DNA from: Eubacteriales bacterium
GTDB taxonomy: Bacteria > Bacillota > Clostridia > Oscillospirales > QAKW01
DNA: 64,000 nt
Assembly: GCA_045541455.1 (NCBI GenBank)
Contig: JAZQJA010000032.1
Coordinates: forward strand, 2,831 to 66,830
Direction of reading: 5' to 3'
This document shows, in pieces, positions 1 to 7,990 of the stretch. The notes beneath the pieces are model-generated. The model was not told the origin of the DNA. It ran no database searches and worked only from the letters and a program-made list of their open reading frames with translations. Both the position numbers and the translations under genes were made by a program. Every line of letters starts with the position of its first letter. Within the stretch, counting starts at the first letter, position 1.

Positions 1-2
1 TT

Positions 3-245
3 AAAAATGTTTATGTTGGAGTATTTACGCAGGTTGCCGATGCTGACGGAACTACAAAATGGGAACAGCTTGGCGAACTTTATCACGGCACCTCCCAATG
101 TAACGACTATGACTCTAACATTTTTAATGGCTTTGATCAATCAATCAATACTGACCGTTGGCGGTCTTCACAAACATATCACGGCGTAAACTCCGGATCT
201 ACAATAGAAAATGTCATAAGCGGTTATAAAAATTCTCTTGCATAA
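3..245 (+). CDS. C-terminal fragment of an unidentified protein (5' end lies outside the window)
   Basis: Frame 3 is open from the window edge to TAA at 243-245 (KNVYVGVFTQVADADGTTKWEQLGELYHGTSQCNDYDSNIF...VISGYKNSLA*). A strong hairpin terminator follows about 12 nt later. The listed ORF 7..189 is in a different frame and looks non-coding. No family recognised. Confidence 0.4.
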   Translation, partial: KNVYVGVFTQVADADGTTKWEQLGELYHGTSQCNDYDSNIFNGFDQSINTDRWRSSQTYHGVNSGSTIENVISGYKNSLA

Positions 246-256
246 AATATTTTAAT

Positions 257-305
257 AAAAAAGCAACTATCTCCCAAAGTCAAAGGTGATAGTTGCTTTT
301 TGGTT
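257..305 (+). terminator. Rho-independent terminator
   Basis: Perfect 11-bp stem aagcaactatc (261-271) / gatagttgctt (288-298), followed by tttggtttt. Confidence 0.7.
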
Positions 306-422
306 TTATATCTTCTTTTTTACAGAAACGGTGCTTGGTGATATACCGTTTAGGTTTGTGTGCTTTATTTTTGTCAACTACTCTTAAAGATAACTAAATA
401 TACCGCCAATTATTATCTATAA

Positions 423-935
423 TCATATTTTTGGTGCGATATAACCCCGCTTTTTAAGAGCAGTGCCTATTTTATCAAGGATTTCTTCTGAATCGGCACG
501 AACAGTGTGATAATGATACCCGCCTGTTATATTCATAAGCTCCGTGGATTTTCCTGTTCTGACACCCTCAATAAACTGTTTTACATGAAGGGGCGAGAAA
601 ATGTTTAACGGTGCGACCATTTTACCGTAAACCTTATGCCAAACGAATACATCAACAACAGTACCGCCGAGATTGACAATCAGATTTAGTTCATCTTCGG
701 TTTGTTCGGTTGTATGGTGTACTTTAAATACACGCTCTTTCAAAGGTGATTTTTGAATGATATACCCATAGTGAGTAGAAAGAATATCGTACCCCAATCC
801 CTTTAGCACAGTAATATCTTGCACAATTATTTGCCTTGATACACCAAATTCTTCTGACAGTTTAGCGCCGGATATAGCTTCTGTAGATGATAGAAGCAAA
901 TTGACTATTGCTTTTCTTCTGTCATGAGCCTTCAT
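423..935 (-). CDS. niaR: NiaR (YrxA)-type transcriptional repressor of NAD biosynthesis
   Basis: 170 aa with an N-terminal HTH (ISGAKLSEEFGVSRQIIVQDITVLK) and a C-terminal His-rich 3H-type domain. It is the last gene of the nadABC string on the same strand. Its RBS AAGGGGTGA overlaps the nadC stop. Confidence 0.85.
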   Translation of the reverse strand: MKAHDRRKAIVNLLLSSTEAISGAKLSEEFGVSRQIIVQDITVLKGLGYDILSTHYGYIIQKSPLKERVFKVHHTTEQTEDELNLIVNLGGTVVDVFVWHKVYGKMVAPLNIFSPLHVKQFIEGVRTGKSTELMNITGGYHYHTVRADSEEILDKIGTALKKRGYIAPKI

Positions 936-947
936 GTATTCACCCCT

Positions 948-1799
948 TTATACAGCGTGTAAATTTTTAAGAGAAAGATCTAAAATCGGAGAAGAGTGTG
1001 TAAGTGCACCACTCGATATATAGTCTACACCAATATCGGTAAGTTTTGCAATATTTTCTTTTGTTACATTTCCGCTGCACTCAGTTTCTGCTTTTCCGGC
1101 ACAGAGCTTAACAGCCTCTTTCATGTCCTGGGCACTCATATTATCCAGCATTATGATGTCGGCACCTGCCTCAAGCGCTTCTTTCAACATATCTAAGTTT
1201 TCTACCTCAACCTCAATCTTGCGAACGAATGGTGCATATTCTTTTGCCATCAAAACAGCCTCTTTAACGCCGCCTGCAGCACCGATATGGTTATCCTTTA
1301 AGAGAATACCGTCACTGAGGTTATAACGGTGGTTATATCCGCCGCCAACCTTTACGGCATACTTTTCAAATATGCGCATGCCCGGTGTGGTTTTACGGGT
1401 GTCGAGGAGTTTTGTTTTGCTTTCTTCCAACAGACGCACGATATGGCGGGTGTAGGTTGCAATACCGCTCATACGCTGTAAGAAATTCAGCGCTGTTCTT
1501 TCACCGGAAAGAAGCACACGGATATCACCGCGAACGACACCTAGTTTTTGTCCTTTTTTCACCTCATCACCGTCTGCGCAGGTGAAAGTTACTTCGGTTT
1601 TATCGTCAAGAAGTTCAAAAACTCTCTTGAAAATATCAAGGCCGGCAATAACGCCGTCTTCTTTACAGATCAGTTCAACCTCACCTAGCTGATACTGTCT
1701 CATAACAGAGTTGGTGGTAATGTCCTCGCTTGTAATATCCTCCTGCAAAGCAAGAAGGATAAGGTTGTCTGCATTAAGTTTCATCGAAATATTATTCAT
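948..1799 (-). CDS. nadC: Nicotinate-nucleotide pyrophosphorylase (quinolinate phosphoribosyltransferase)
   Basis: Motifs LLSGERTALNFLQRMSGIAT, DTRKTTPG, KDNHI and IMLDNM. Start moved from the ORF-track alternative start (1880) to the ATG at 1797-1799, which is preceded by AGGAGA. Overlaps the nadB stop by 8 nt. Confidence 0.9.
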   Translation of the reverse strand: MNNISMKLNADNLILLALQEDITSEDITTNSVMRQYQLGEVELICKEDGVIAGLDIFKRVFELLDDKTEVTFTCADGDEVKKGQKLGVVRGDIRVLLSGERTALNFLQRMSGIATYTRHIVRLLEESKTKLLDTRKTTPGMRIFEKYAVKVGGGYNHRYNLSDGILLKDNHIGAAGGVKEAVLMAKEYAPFVRKIEVEVENLDMLKEALEAGADIIMLDNMSAQDMKEAVKLCAGKAETECSGNVTKENIAKLTDIGVDYISSGALTHSSPILDLSLKNLHAV

Positions 1800-3066
1800 G
1801 GCTGTTTTTCTCCTTTTCAATTGCATCCAAAACGATTTTCTTATATTTTTCCGCATACCCCTCATACTGAGAAGCATCAACTAAAACTTTAGTACAATGC
1901 TGCACGCGGGTGTAGTTATCAATAATGTGCGTTGCCGCTCTTTTTGCAAACACAAGGCTTTCAAGCAGCGAATTGCTTGCAAGGCGGTTTCTGCCGTGCA
2001 CACCGTTGCAAGCCGTCTCACCTGCTGCATACAAACGGTTCATTGACGTTTTACTGTACCTGTCAACATCAATACCGCCCATAAAGTAGTGCTGCGACGG
2101 AACAACCGGAATGGGTTCTTTGGTTGCGTCATAACCCGCTTCAAGACAACGCTGATAAATGTTAGGGAAATGTGTTTTAATTTCTTTGACAGGAATGGGT
2201 GCCATAGAAAGCCAAACGTGTTTACTTCCTTCTTTTTTCATTTCCGCAAAGATGGCACTTGCAACTACGTCACGAGGCAACAGCTCATTAACAAAGCGCT
2301 CTCCTTTGGAGTTAAGTAATATTGCGCCCTCACCACGAACCGACTCGGAAATTAAAAACTCTCTGCCTTCATTTTCGGTGTAAAGCGTTGTAGGATGAAT
2401 TTGAATATAGTCAATATGCTGCAACTTGATGCCGTATTTCAGCGCCAGAGCAATCGCATCACCGGTAAGGTGCTTATAGTTGGTGGAATGCTCAAACACG
2501 CCACCAATTCCGCCCGTTGCAAGAACGGTATAGTCAGCCTGAATTGCAGAATAAACACCGTTTTCATCGTGTCCGATAATGCCGTGGCACTCATTGTTAT
2601 CACAAATTAGGTCAACCATCGTATAATTTTCGATGATTGTTATATTCTCTCTGTTTCTTGCCGTTTCAAGAAGATGAGAGGTAATCTCTTTGCCGGTTTC
2701 ATCTTCGTGGAAAAGAATACGGGGATTACTGTGTGCGCCTTCTCGTGTGTATGTAAACTCTTTCCCGTTCATTTCAAAGCGAACGCCGAAAGATACAAGA
2801 TCAGAGATAACCTCTCTGGATGAATGAATCATAATGTGAACCGAGTCGGGATTGTTCTCATAATGACCGGCTTTCATTGTGTCTTCGTAAAAGGCATCAT
2901 AATCCTTTTCGTCACGCAAAACACATATACCGCCCTGTGCCAGAAACGAATCGCTTCTGCGAGCCTTGTTTTTTGTTACAACGATTATGTTTTTATCACA
3001 AGGCAGATTAAGTGCACAGTAAAGGCCTGCTACACCGCTTCCTACAATTAAAATATCTGTTTTCAT
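1792..3066 (-). CDS. nadB: L-aspartate oxidase
   Basis: FAD fold DILIVGSGVAGL at the N-terminus. Also RSDSFLAQGGI and RLYAAGETACNGVHGRNRLASNSLLE. Start taken at the ATG 3064-3066, 1 nt after the nadA stop; the track start at 3132 lies inside nadA. Confidence 0.9.
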   Translation of the reverse strand: MKTDILIVGSGVAGLYCALNLPCDKNIIVVTKNKARRSDSFLAQGGICVLRDEKDYDAFYEDTMKAGHYENNPDSVHIMIHSSREVISDLVSFGVRFEMNGKEFTYTREGAHSNPRILFHEDETGKEITSHLLETARNRENITIIENYTMVDLICDNNECHGIIGHDENGVYSAIQADYTVLATGGIGGVFEHSTNYKHLTGDAIALALKYGIKLQHIDYIQIHPTTLYTENEGREFLISESVRGEGAILLNSKGERFVNELLPRDVVASAIFAEMKKEGSKHVWLSMAPIPVKEIKTHFPNIYQRCLEAGYDATKEPIPVVPSQHYFMGGIDVDRYSKTSMNRLYAAGETACNGVHGRNRLASNSLLESLVFAKRAATHIIDNYTRVQHCTKVLVDASQYEGYAEKYKKIVLDAIEKEKNSHE

Positions 3067-3067
3067 A

Positions 3068-3967
3068 TTATTTTGCAAGTTCCAACATCCTCTCAAGAGG
3101 TTTAAGTGCGCCTTTACGCAGGGCATCGTCAACAGTTATTTCCTTATCTTCTTTTTGAAGAACCGACAAAACGGACTCAAGTGTATTCAGCTTCATATCA
3201 GCACAGCACGGATGTGGGTTTGGATAATAAAAACGCTTGTCCGGGTTATCTGTAATCAGTTTATAATCTACACCGTCTTCGGTAACAACGATAAACTCTG
3301 TCGCTTCACTACTCTTAGCATAGGCGATGATATCCGCCGTGCTGCCGATATAGTCAGACAAAGCAAGAACCTCCGCTTCACATTCGGGGTGAGATAATAC
3401 CGGTGCATTTGGATGATTATCCTTTTGGGCTTTTACCTGCTGTGCAGTGATGGCAGCGTGGATAGGACAACATCCGTCGTTTAGAATGATATTCTTTTCC
3501 GGTACCTGTTTTGCAACAAAGCTTCCGAGGTTATGGTCGGGAATAAAGAAAATGTTTTTGTTGGGTAAAGCCCTTACAATTTTCACAGCATTAGATGATG
3601 TTACACAAACATCACTCTTGCATTTAAGCTGTGCAGTTGAGTTGATATAGCAGACAACTGCAAGGTCATCGTATTTAGCTCTCATTTCTTCGATGATACC
3701 GTCCGAAACCATGTGAGCCATAGGACAGTCTGCAGCAAGGTCAGGCATTAACACCTTTTTGTCAGGATTGAGTATTTTTGCACTCTCTCCCATAAACTGA
3801 ACCCCACAAAACACGATTATATCCGCATCAGATTGTTTTGCAATCTTTGCAAGATAGAATGAATCTCCGACATAGTCGGCAATGCCCTGCACTTCGGCAG
3901 GCGCATAGTAATGAGCAAGAATAACAGCATTCTTTGCCCTCTTTATTTGTTCGATTTGATTTTTCAT
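3068..3967 (-). CDS. nadA: Quinolinate synthase
   Basis: 299 aa with VILAHYYAPAEVQGIADYVGDS, PDLAADCPMA, YINSTA and SHPECE, all typical of NadA. Confidence 0.9.
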   Translation of the reverse strand: MKNQIEQIKRAKNAVILAHYYAPAEVQGIADYVGDSFYLAKIAKQSDADIIVFCGVQFMGESAKILNPDKKVLMPDLAADCPMAHMVSDGIIEEMRAKYDDLAVVCYINSTAQLKCKSDVCVTSSNAVKIVRALPNKNIFFIPDHNLGSFVAKQVPEKNIILNDGCCPIHAAITAQQVKAQKDNHPNAPVLSHPECEAEVLALSDYIGSTADIIAYAKSSEATEFIVVTEDGVDYKLITDNPDKRFYYPNPHPCCADMKLNTLESVLSVLQKEDKEITVDDALRKGALKPLERMLELAK

Positions 3968-3994
3968 ACCTTTTACCTCATCACACGAACCTAT

Positions 3995-4051
3995 TGTAAA
4001 CTGAGGTTAATTATACCGCTTATATTTACATCTGTCAACTAATCTGTAAAC
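3995..4051. promoter_or_regulatory. Three copies of a TGTAAA(C)/TTTACA heptad around the nadA promoter (candidate NiaR operators)
   Basis: tgtaaac at 3995-4001 and 4045-4051, with inverted tttaca at 4025-4030. The 4025/4045 pair brackets the -35 box and the third copy lies downstream of the -10. Assignment to NiaR is inference only. Confidence 0.25.
4010..4038 (-). promoter_or_regulatory. Consensus sigma-A type promoter for the nadABC-niaR operon
   Basis: On the minus strand: TTGACA (4033-4038), a 17-nt spacer, then TATAAT (4010-4015), about 40 nt upstream of the nadA ATG. Confidence 0.5.
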
Positions 4052-4090
4052 TTTTAAAGTTTATATTTAGTAAATTTGCTTTTTGAATAA

Positions 4091-4130
4091 ATTATGCTAT
4101 AATAATCGCAAACGATTATTATAGCATAAT
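4091..4130. repeat. Perfect 18-bp-arm inverted repeat (hairpin family C)
   Basis: attatgctataataatcg (4091-4108), loop caaa, then cgattattatagcataat (4113-4130). The core tataataatcg-N4-cgattattata recurs at 49316-49341. Contains TATAAT at 4099-4104. It ends 29 nt before the ATG at 4160. Confidence 0.9.
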
Positions 4131-4159
4131 ACAATAATTTTGTTAAGGCGGATCATACA

Positions 4160-5971
4160 ATGAAGTTATTGGACTTTTCCATTTCTAAATTTAATGACAC
4201 CATGCAAGAAGATGTCTCTAAACAAGCGCTGAATTTTTGCAAGGCTGTTATTCTTTCACCAACAAAAATATCCTTGACGCTAAAGCATAGTCCTGAGCAT
4301 ATTCATACGCGGTATGCGGTACTAAATCCGGATTTGTCGGTTGACTATAGAAATGATTTTGCATATTATTACTATGGGGTATCCCCAAAAATTGACAGTT
4401 TTTCTGTTATAGATGCAATTTCTAATCTTACATTTATGACTATTGAAGGGCTTAACACCTATATTTCCGGGCATTGCACTGAATTTATGCTTCACGAAGA
4501 TCAGGCGGAATATTTGCCGGATGTCGCAAAACTGATTTTGCTTACGGTTGCTTCAAAATACGGAATTGAAATCAAGCGATGCGATGAGTTAAACTTCTTA
4601 ACTGATGCTGACAGTGCCTTTTCTGCAATAGTCTCCCGTGATAAAACGGAAGACACTTTTCTTTTTCACGGTTGTCCTTGTCCGGAACTTATAGAACGGC
4701 TAAAGCCATACCGATTTATTAACCATAACGATGTTTGGCAAATAGATGATAACGGCATCGGTTTGCAGGAAATTTATGCCGATAAGGCAAATATAAAACT
4801 TCTGGTTGGAAAAGTTTTTTATTCCGGTGTACTTTTGAAAGCGCTTGAAATTAACAAGCAAAAATATAATTTTGAAAACAGCGGTATCTCCAATTATCAG
4901 CTCATCTACGAACGCAGTTCATTTGCAATGGTTTGCGCATTGGATGATAATTATGTAGGTCACCCCCTGCTTAAAGAAAGCCGTTCAAAGTTGGAGAAGT
5001 TTTTCCGTTATGATGACGATTGTAAACAGCTCTTGTCCAAGCAACTCTCATCCGACTGCCTTGATGACGAGCAAATTTTAGCCTACGTTAACGAATATAT
5101 GAAAAGCAGTTATAATGTAAACCAAATCGGAGTTTCCAGCAATATCAAAACGCCCAAAGGAGAAATCTTATTTGGCTTACGCGCTTCTAAAAATATTGAC
5201 GACGGGTCCCTTTATCCAAGTGTGAATGGCAATGCCGAAGTTTACGATGAGGACGTTCAATTTTACAACAACTCTGTTTATGAAGATTTGCCGACTGTCC
5301 ATATACATAAAAAGCGAAGTGATCTATTGGGCGAAATTGCCCGAGAGGCTTACGGCGAACTTAATATTACTTCTACCAAGGAATCTTGGTCTTGCCACGG
5401 AATGATCATTTCCGGCAACCTACCTAAAGACAATTGTTCAAACAGACGATGCCACTTTAACATTCTTTTTGAAAACGAGATTGATGAAACGCTCGACGAA
5501 ATAAAAATGCGCTATCGCAAAGCCAGTGAAGCGTTTGAAAATAAAAATTTTGCTGCGATAATCATAAAATATTATAAAACCAGAGTTCATGGCTTATTTG
5601 GCGACATAGTACGCTTTCTTCAGCAAATTCTTCAAAGTAAAGATTTTATTGAATCTATTTTGCTTCTTTTGGTTGCTTTTATCAGCATAAAAACCATTGA
5701 TTTTTCCTTTGAAAATATTTCTTCACTTCTTTCTATTCTGTTTGCAAGCATTATTTTGCTTACAACCATTTTAAAGATTATTCAACATACCGTAAAAATG
5801 TTTCGAAATGCGAAAAGTACCAAAAGAATTTGTGTCTACGGAAGTATGTCATACACTTCTCTTTGCCGCAAAATTTCGAAAGTTATGAAAATGAAATATC
5901 ATCCTGCCGCCTATGCTTCTTTTAAGATGCACATTGAAAATCTGGTCTATAACGATTTGCAGGATAAATAA
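4160..5971 (+). CDS. Orphan 603-aa protein: large soluble N-terminal region plus two C-terminal TM helices
   Basis: Long uninterrupted ORF with RBS AAGGCGGA 7 nt before the ATG. Hydrophobic segments FIESILLLLVAFISIKTI and LLSILFASIILLTTILKII lie near the C-terminus, followed by a basic tail. No family recognised. Confidence 0.6.
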   Translation: MKLLDFSISKFNDTMQEDVSKQALNFCKAVILSPTKISLTLKHSPEHIHTRYAVLNPDLSVDYRNDFAYYYYGVSPKIDSFSVIDAISNLTFMTIEGLNTYISGHCTEFMLHEDQAEYLPDVAKLILLTVASKYGIEIKRCDELNFLTDADSAFSAIVSRDKTEDTFLFHGCPCPELIERLKPYRFINHNDVWQIDDNGIGLQEIYADKANIKLLVGKVFYSGVLLKALEINKQKYNFENSGISNYQLIYERSSFAMVCALDDNYVGHPLLKESRSKLEKFFRYDDDCKQLLSKQLSSDCLDDEQILAYVNEYMKSSYNVNQIGVSSNIKTPKGEILFGLRASKNIDDGSLYPSVNGNAEVYDEDVQFYNNSVYEDLPTVHIHKKRSDLLGEIAREAYGELNITSTKESWSCHGMIISGNLPKDNCSNRRCHFNILFENEIDETLDEIKMRYRKASEAFENKNFAAIIIKYYKTRVHGLFGDIVRFLQQILQSKDFIESILLLLVAFISIKTIDFSFENISSLLSILFASIILLTTILKIIQHTVKMFRNAKSTKRICVYGSMSYTSLCRKISKVMKMKYHPAAYASFKMHIENLVYNDLQDK

Positions 5972-6000
5972 AAAGCGTGGTGAAATTCACCTCGCTTTTT
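5971..6000. terminator. Bidirectional terminator between convergent genes
   Basis: aaaagcgtggtga / tcacctcgctttt stem with one mismatch, flanked by A- and T-runs. Sits between the stops at 5971 and 6036. Confidence 0.6.
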
Positions 6001-6035
6001 AAAATGTTTAAAACCTATTTCATATTAGCATATAT

Positions 6036-6719
6036 TTAAAGCACATCTTTCACGGCGATAATGAAAGTAGCGGTGCCGTTGTAAGTGCCTGCATACTGAA
6101 TTTTGCTTTCGTCAACGGCAAAGGTAATGCTGACATTACCGCTAGCGGCGGTTTCGGGGTTAACTGCAAGTATCTCACCGCCTGCGGCAACAGTTTCGCC
6201 GTTTGCTTTAACGGTGTAGTCAAGGGTTATATCCTCACCGCATGTTATGGCGAAATTATTATTGGCAGCAAGGCAAACGGATACATACTTGCCCTTGTTT
6301 ACAACAACATTTTCCGCCGAAACGGTAACTGCATTGCCGTCAATAGTTACATTTTCAGGAATGGTTACGGTGTAGGTGGGTGCGACAACGTACTCTAAAA
6401 CTGCCGATTCATTAGTATATTTAAGTTCTAAATTAAGTGTGGAGTCTTTTTGGATACTGTAATCTTGCAAGGAATTCCCATCCTCTAAGATTTTACCCGC
6501 AAAAATAAGCTTTTGTTGGTCAGGCGGGATGCCCTCTTTGTCTTGTATTTTGGCTTTAACATCCTCAATGCGATCTGTCGGTTCAACTTCAATGGTAATG
6601 TGTTTTCCTGCAAGTGTTTTGACAAAAATCTGCATAGCGTTTGCCGTTGTTATTATAGATAAAATAAGGCAAACAGAAAGTGCTATCATAAAAAATCGTT
6701 TTATCATTTTTTTGTTCAT
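6036..6719 (-). CDS. Secreted protein: Sec signal peptide + eukaryote-like ubiquitin domain (no GG tail) + beta-rich C-terminal domain
   Basis: RBS AAAGGAG upstream of the ATG at 6719. Signal peptide [28 protein letters not shown]. This is immediately followed by [71 protein letters not shown] (nt 6423-6635). By hand alignment that matches canonical ubiquitin at 56 of its first 71 residues without gaps. Confidence 0.85.
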   Translation of the reverse strand: MNKKMIKRFFMIALSVCLILSIITTANAMQIFVKTLAGKHITIEVEPTDRIEDVKAKIQDKEGIPPDQQKLIFAGKILEDGNSLQDYSIQKDSTLNLELKYTNESAVLEYVVAPTYTVTIPENVTIDGNAVTVSAENVVVNKGKYVSVCLAANNNFAITCGEDITLDYTVKANGETVAAGGEILAVNPETAASGNVSITFAVDESKIQYAGTYNGTATFIIAVKDVL

Positions 6720-6753
6720 TATCCTGACTCCTTTACTATCACTATAGTTAATA

Positions 6754-6781
6754 CGAGTAAAACGTACATTAAATCAAATAT
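6754..6781. repeat. 28-nt intergenic box, copy 1 (cgagtaaaacgtacattaaatcaaatat)
   Basis: Matches 49257-49284 at 27 of 28 positions. A partial copy (ggacattaaatcaaatat) lies at 49301-49318. Sits 34 nt upstream of the ubiquitin-like gene start. Confidence 0.8.
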
Positions 6782-6805
6782 CTCGGGTTAAATGTTGCAC
6801 ATTTT

Positions 6806-7786
6806 TTAAACTGTTAAAACTACTTTTCCAACATTTTGGCCTTTATAAAGAATGTCTTGTGCTGCTTGGGCTTCGGTTATGGGTAAAACCTTGTAGATAG
6901 TCGGTTTCACTTGTCCGCTTTCCACTTTAGGCCATACATTTTTCACAAGTTCTGCTAAAATTTGCGCTTTCACCTGCGGTGTTCTTGAACGCAATGTTGA
7001 ACCTATAATTCTTACGTTTCTTACATAAATATTTTTAAGGTCAATTTCGGTTTTTGTGCCGGCTAAAGCGGCAATCATAATCCAACGTGCACCGTGCCTT
7101 AAATAATGAATGCATTTTCCCATTATTTCTCCGCCCAGACAGTCAATGGCAACATCAACGGGGTGCCCGTTTTCAAGTTCTTCTTTCAAAACTTCTGCTA
7201 TATCTTCTTTTGTTGTAACAATAACCCTGTCGGCATTTAAATGCTTAATACTATTAGCAATTTCATCAGTTAAAACAGTAGTAATTACTCTTATACCAAA
7301 GGCTTTAGCCATAGGAATAATTACAGAAGCCAATCCGCTTGCACCCGCATTCATTAAAAGGGTGTCGCCCTCTTTAATGTTTCCTTCAATAAATAGATTA
7401 AGATAGGCGGTTGCAAAAGCTTCGGGGATAGCCGCAGCCTCTACCATTGTGCAGTTGTTAGGCACAGGCATTAACATATCGTATTTAACATTAGCGTATT
7501 CTGCATAACCGCCGCCACCCAAAAGGGCACATACCTTGTCGCCGATTTTCCAGTTCGACTTTTCTTTAGCACCGTCTGCAATTTCAACAATAGTACCCGC
7601 AATCTCCAGTCCCATCCATTCAGGACAGCCTTCAGGTGGGGGATAATCACCCTCTCTTTGCATTAAATCGGCACGGTTAATGGCTGCCGCCTCAATTTTT
7701 ATAAGACAGTCGTCATTTTGCAAAATGGGGTCGGGAACGTTGTCCCATCTTAAAGATTTATCATTGTTTACAAGTATCGCTTTCAT
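6806..7786 (-). CDS. NAD(P)H:quinone oxidoreductase-like MDR family protein
   Basis: 326 aa with AINRADLMQREGDYPPP and a GASGLAS nucleotide-binding loop. The C-terminal GKVVL is typical of the Qor/PIG3 group. Confidence 0.8.
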   Translation of the reverse strand: MKAILVNNDKSLRWDNVPDPILQNDDCLIKIEAAAINRADLMQREGDYPPPEGCPEWMGLEIAGTIVEIADGAKEKSNWKIGDKVCALLGGGGYAEYANVKYDMLMPVPNNCTMVEAAAIPEAFATAYLNLFIEGNIKEGDTLLMNAGASGLASVIIPMAKAFGIRVITTVLTDEIANSIKHLNADRVIVTTKEDIAEVLKEELENGHPVDVAIDCLGGEIMGKCIHYLRHGARWIMIAALAGTKTEIDLKNIYVRNVRIIGSTLRSRTPQVKAQILAELVKNVWPKVESGQVKPTIYKVLPITEAQAAQDILYKGQNVGKVVLTV

Positions 7787-7990
7787 AACATTTTATCCTT
7801 AGTATAATTTTAATTCTGTTTTCAATTCTTCTTTAATAGAAAGAAAATCATCTGTTTTTAGTCCTGTTGTAAGGTTTTTGCTTTAATAGCTTATGTCAGC
7901 CGTATGTGTTCCTAATGTTCTTTTGCCGCCTATTAAAAGCACTTTTTTATACATATTTAAGGCAATACACCGACAAATTGTTTTCTCCCA

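Noticed and set aside
7-189. Listed 60-aa ORF at the left edge of the window
   Set aside because: Its sequence looks non-protein-like. A different frame (3..245) is open to the window edge, ends just before a strong terminator and reads like real protein. I annotated that frame instead.
368-383. tgtcaacta motif shared with the nadA -35 region (4033-4041), considered as a second NiaR site
   Set aside because: It lies downstream of niaR in a convergent intergenic region with no gene to regulate. The match is a 9-mer containing the generic TTGACA complement, so it is likely chance.
1800-1880. N-terminal extensions suggested by the ORF track for nadC, nadB, hemW, trxB, ferritin, the M23 peptidase, the nitroreductase, prfB and others
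   Set aside because: The extensions start at alternative codons (TTG/GTG), overlap the upstream gene and lack an RBS. In each case an internal ATG with a good Shine-Dalgarno sequence coincides with the conserved family N-terminus.
3991-4051. dif-like XerCD site, because TGTAAACT resembles the right end of the Bacillus dif sequence
   Set aside because: Only the 8-nt end matches. The remaining roughly 20 nt of a dif core are absent at both copies. The motif is better explained as a promoter-associated operator repeat.
3968-4159. NAD+ riboswitch (nadA motif) in the nadA leader
   Set aside because: The leader between the predicted -10 box and the ATG is only about 40 nt and shows no tandem stem-bulge domains. 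Regulation by the co-encoded NiaR repressor is the simpler explanation.
6036-6719. Possibility that the ubiquitin-like sequence is eukaryotic contamination or an assembly chimera
   Set aside because: The ubiquitin segment is in frame behind a bacterial Sec signal peptide with an AAAGGAG RBS. It continues into a non-ubiquitin bacterial-style domain, has no introns or poly-Ub repeats, and shares a terminator with the neighbouring bacterial gene. Coverage-based confirmation is still advisable.
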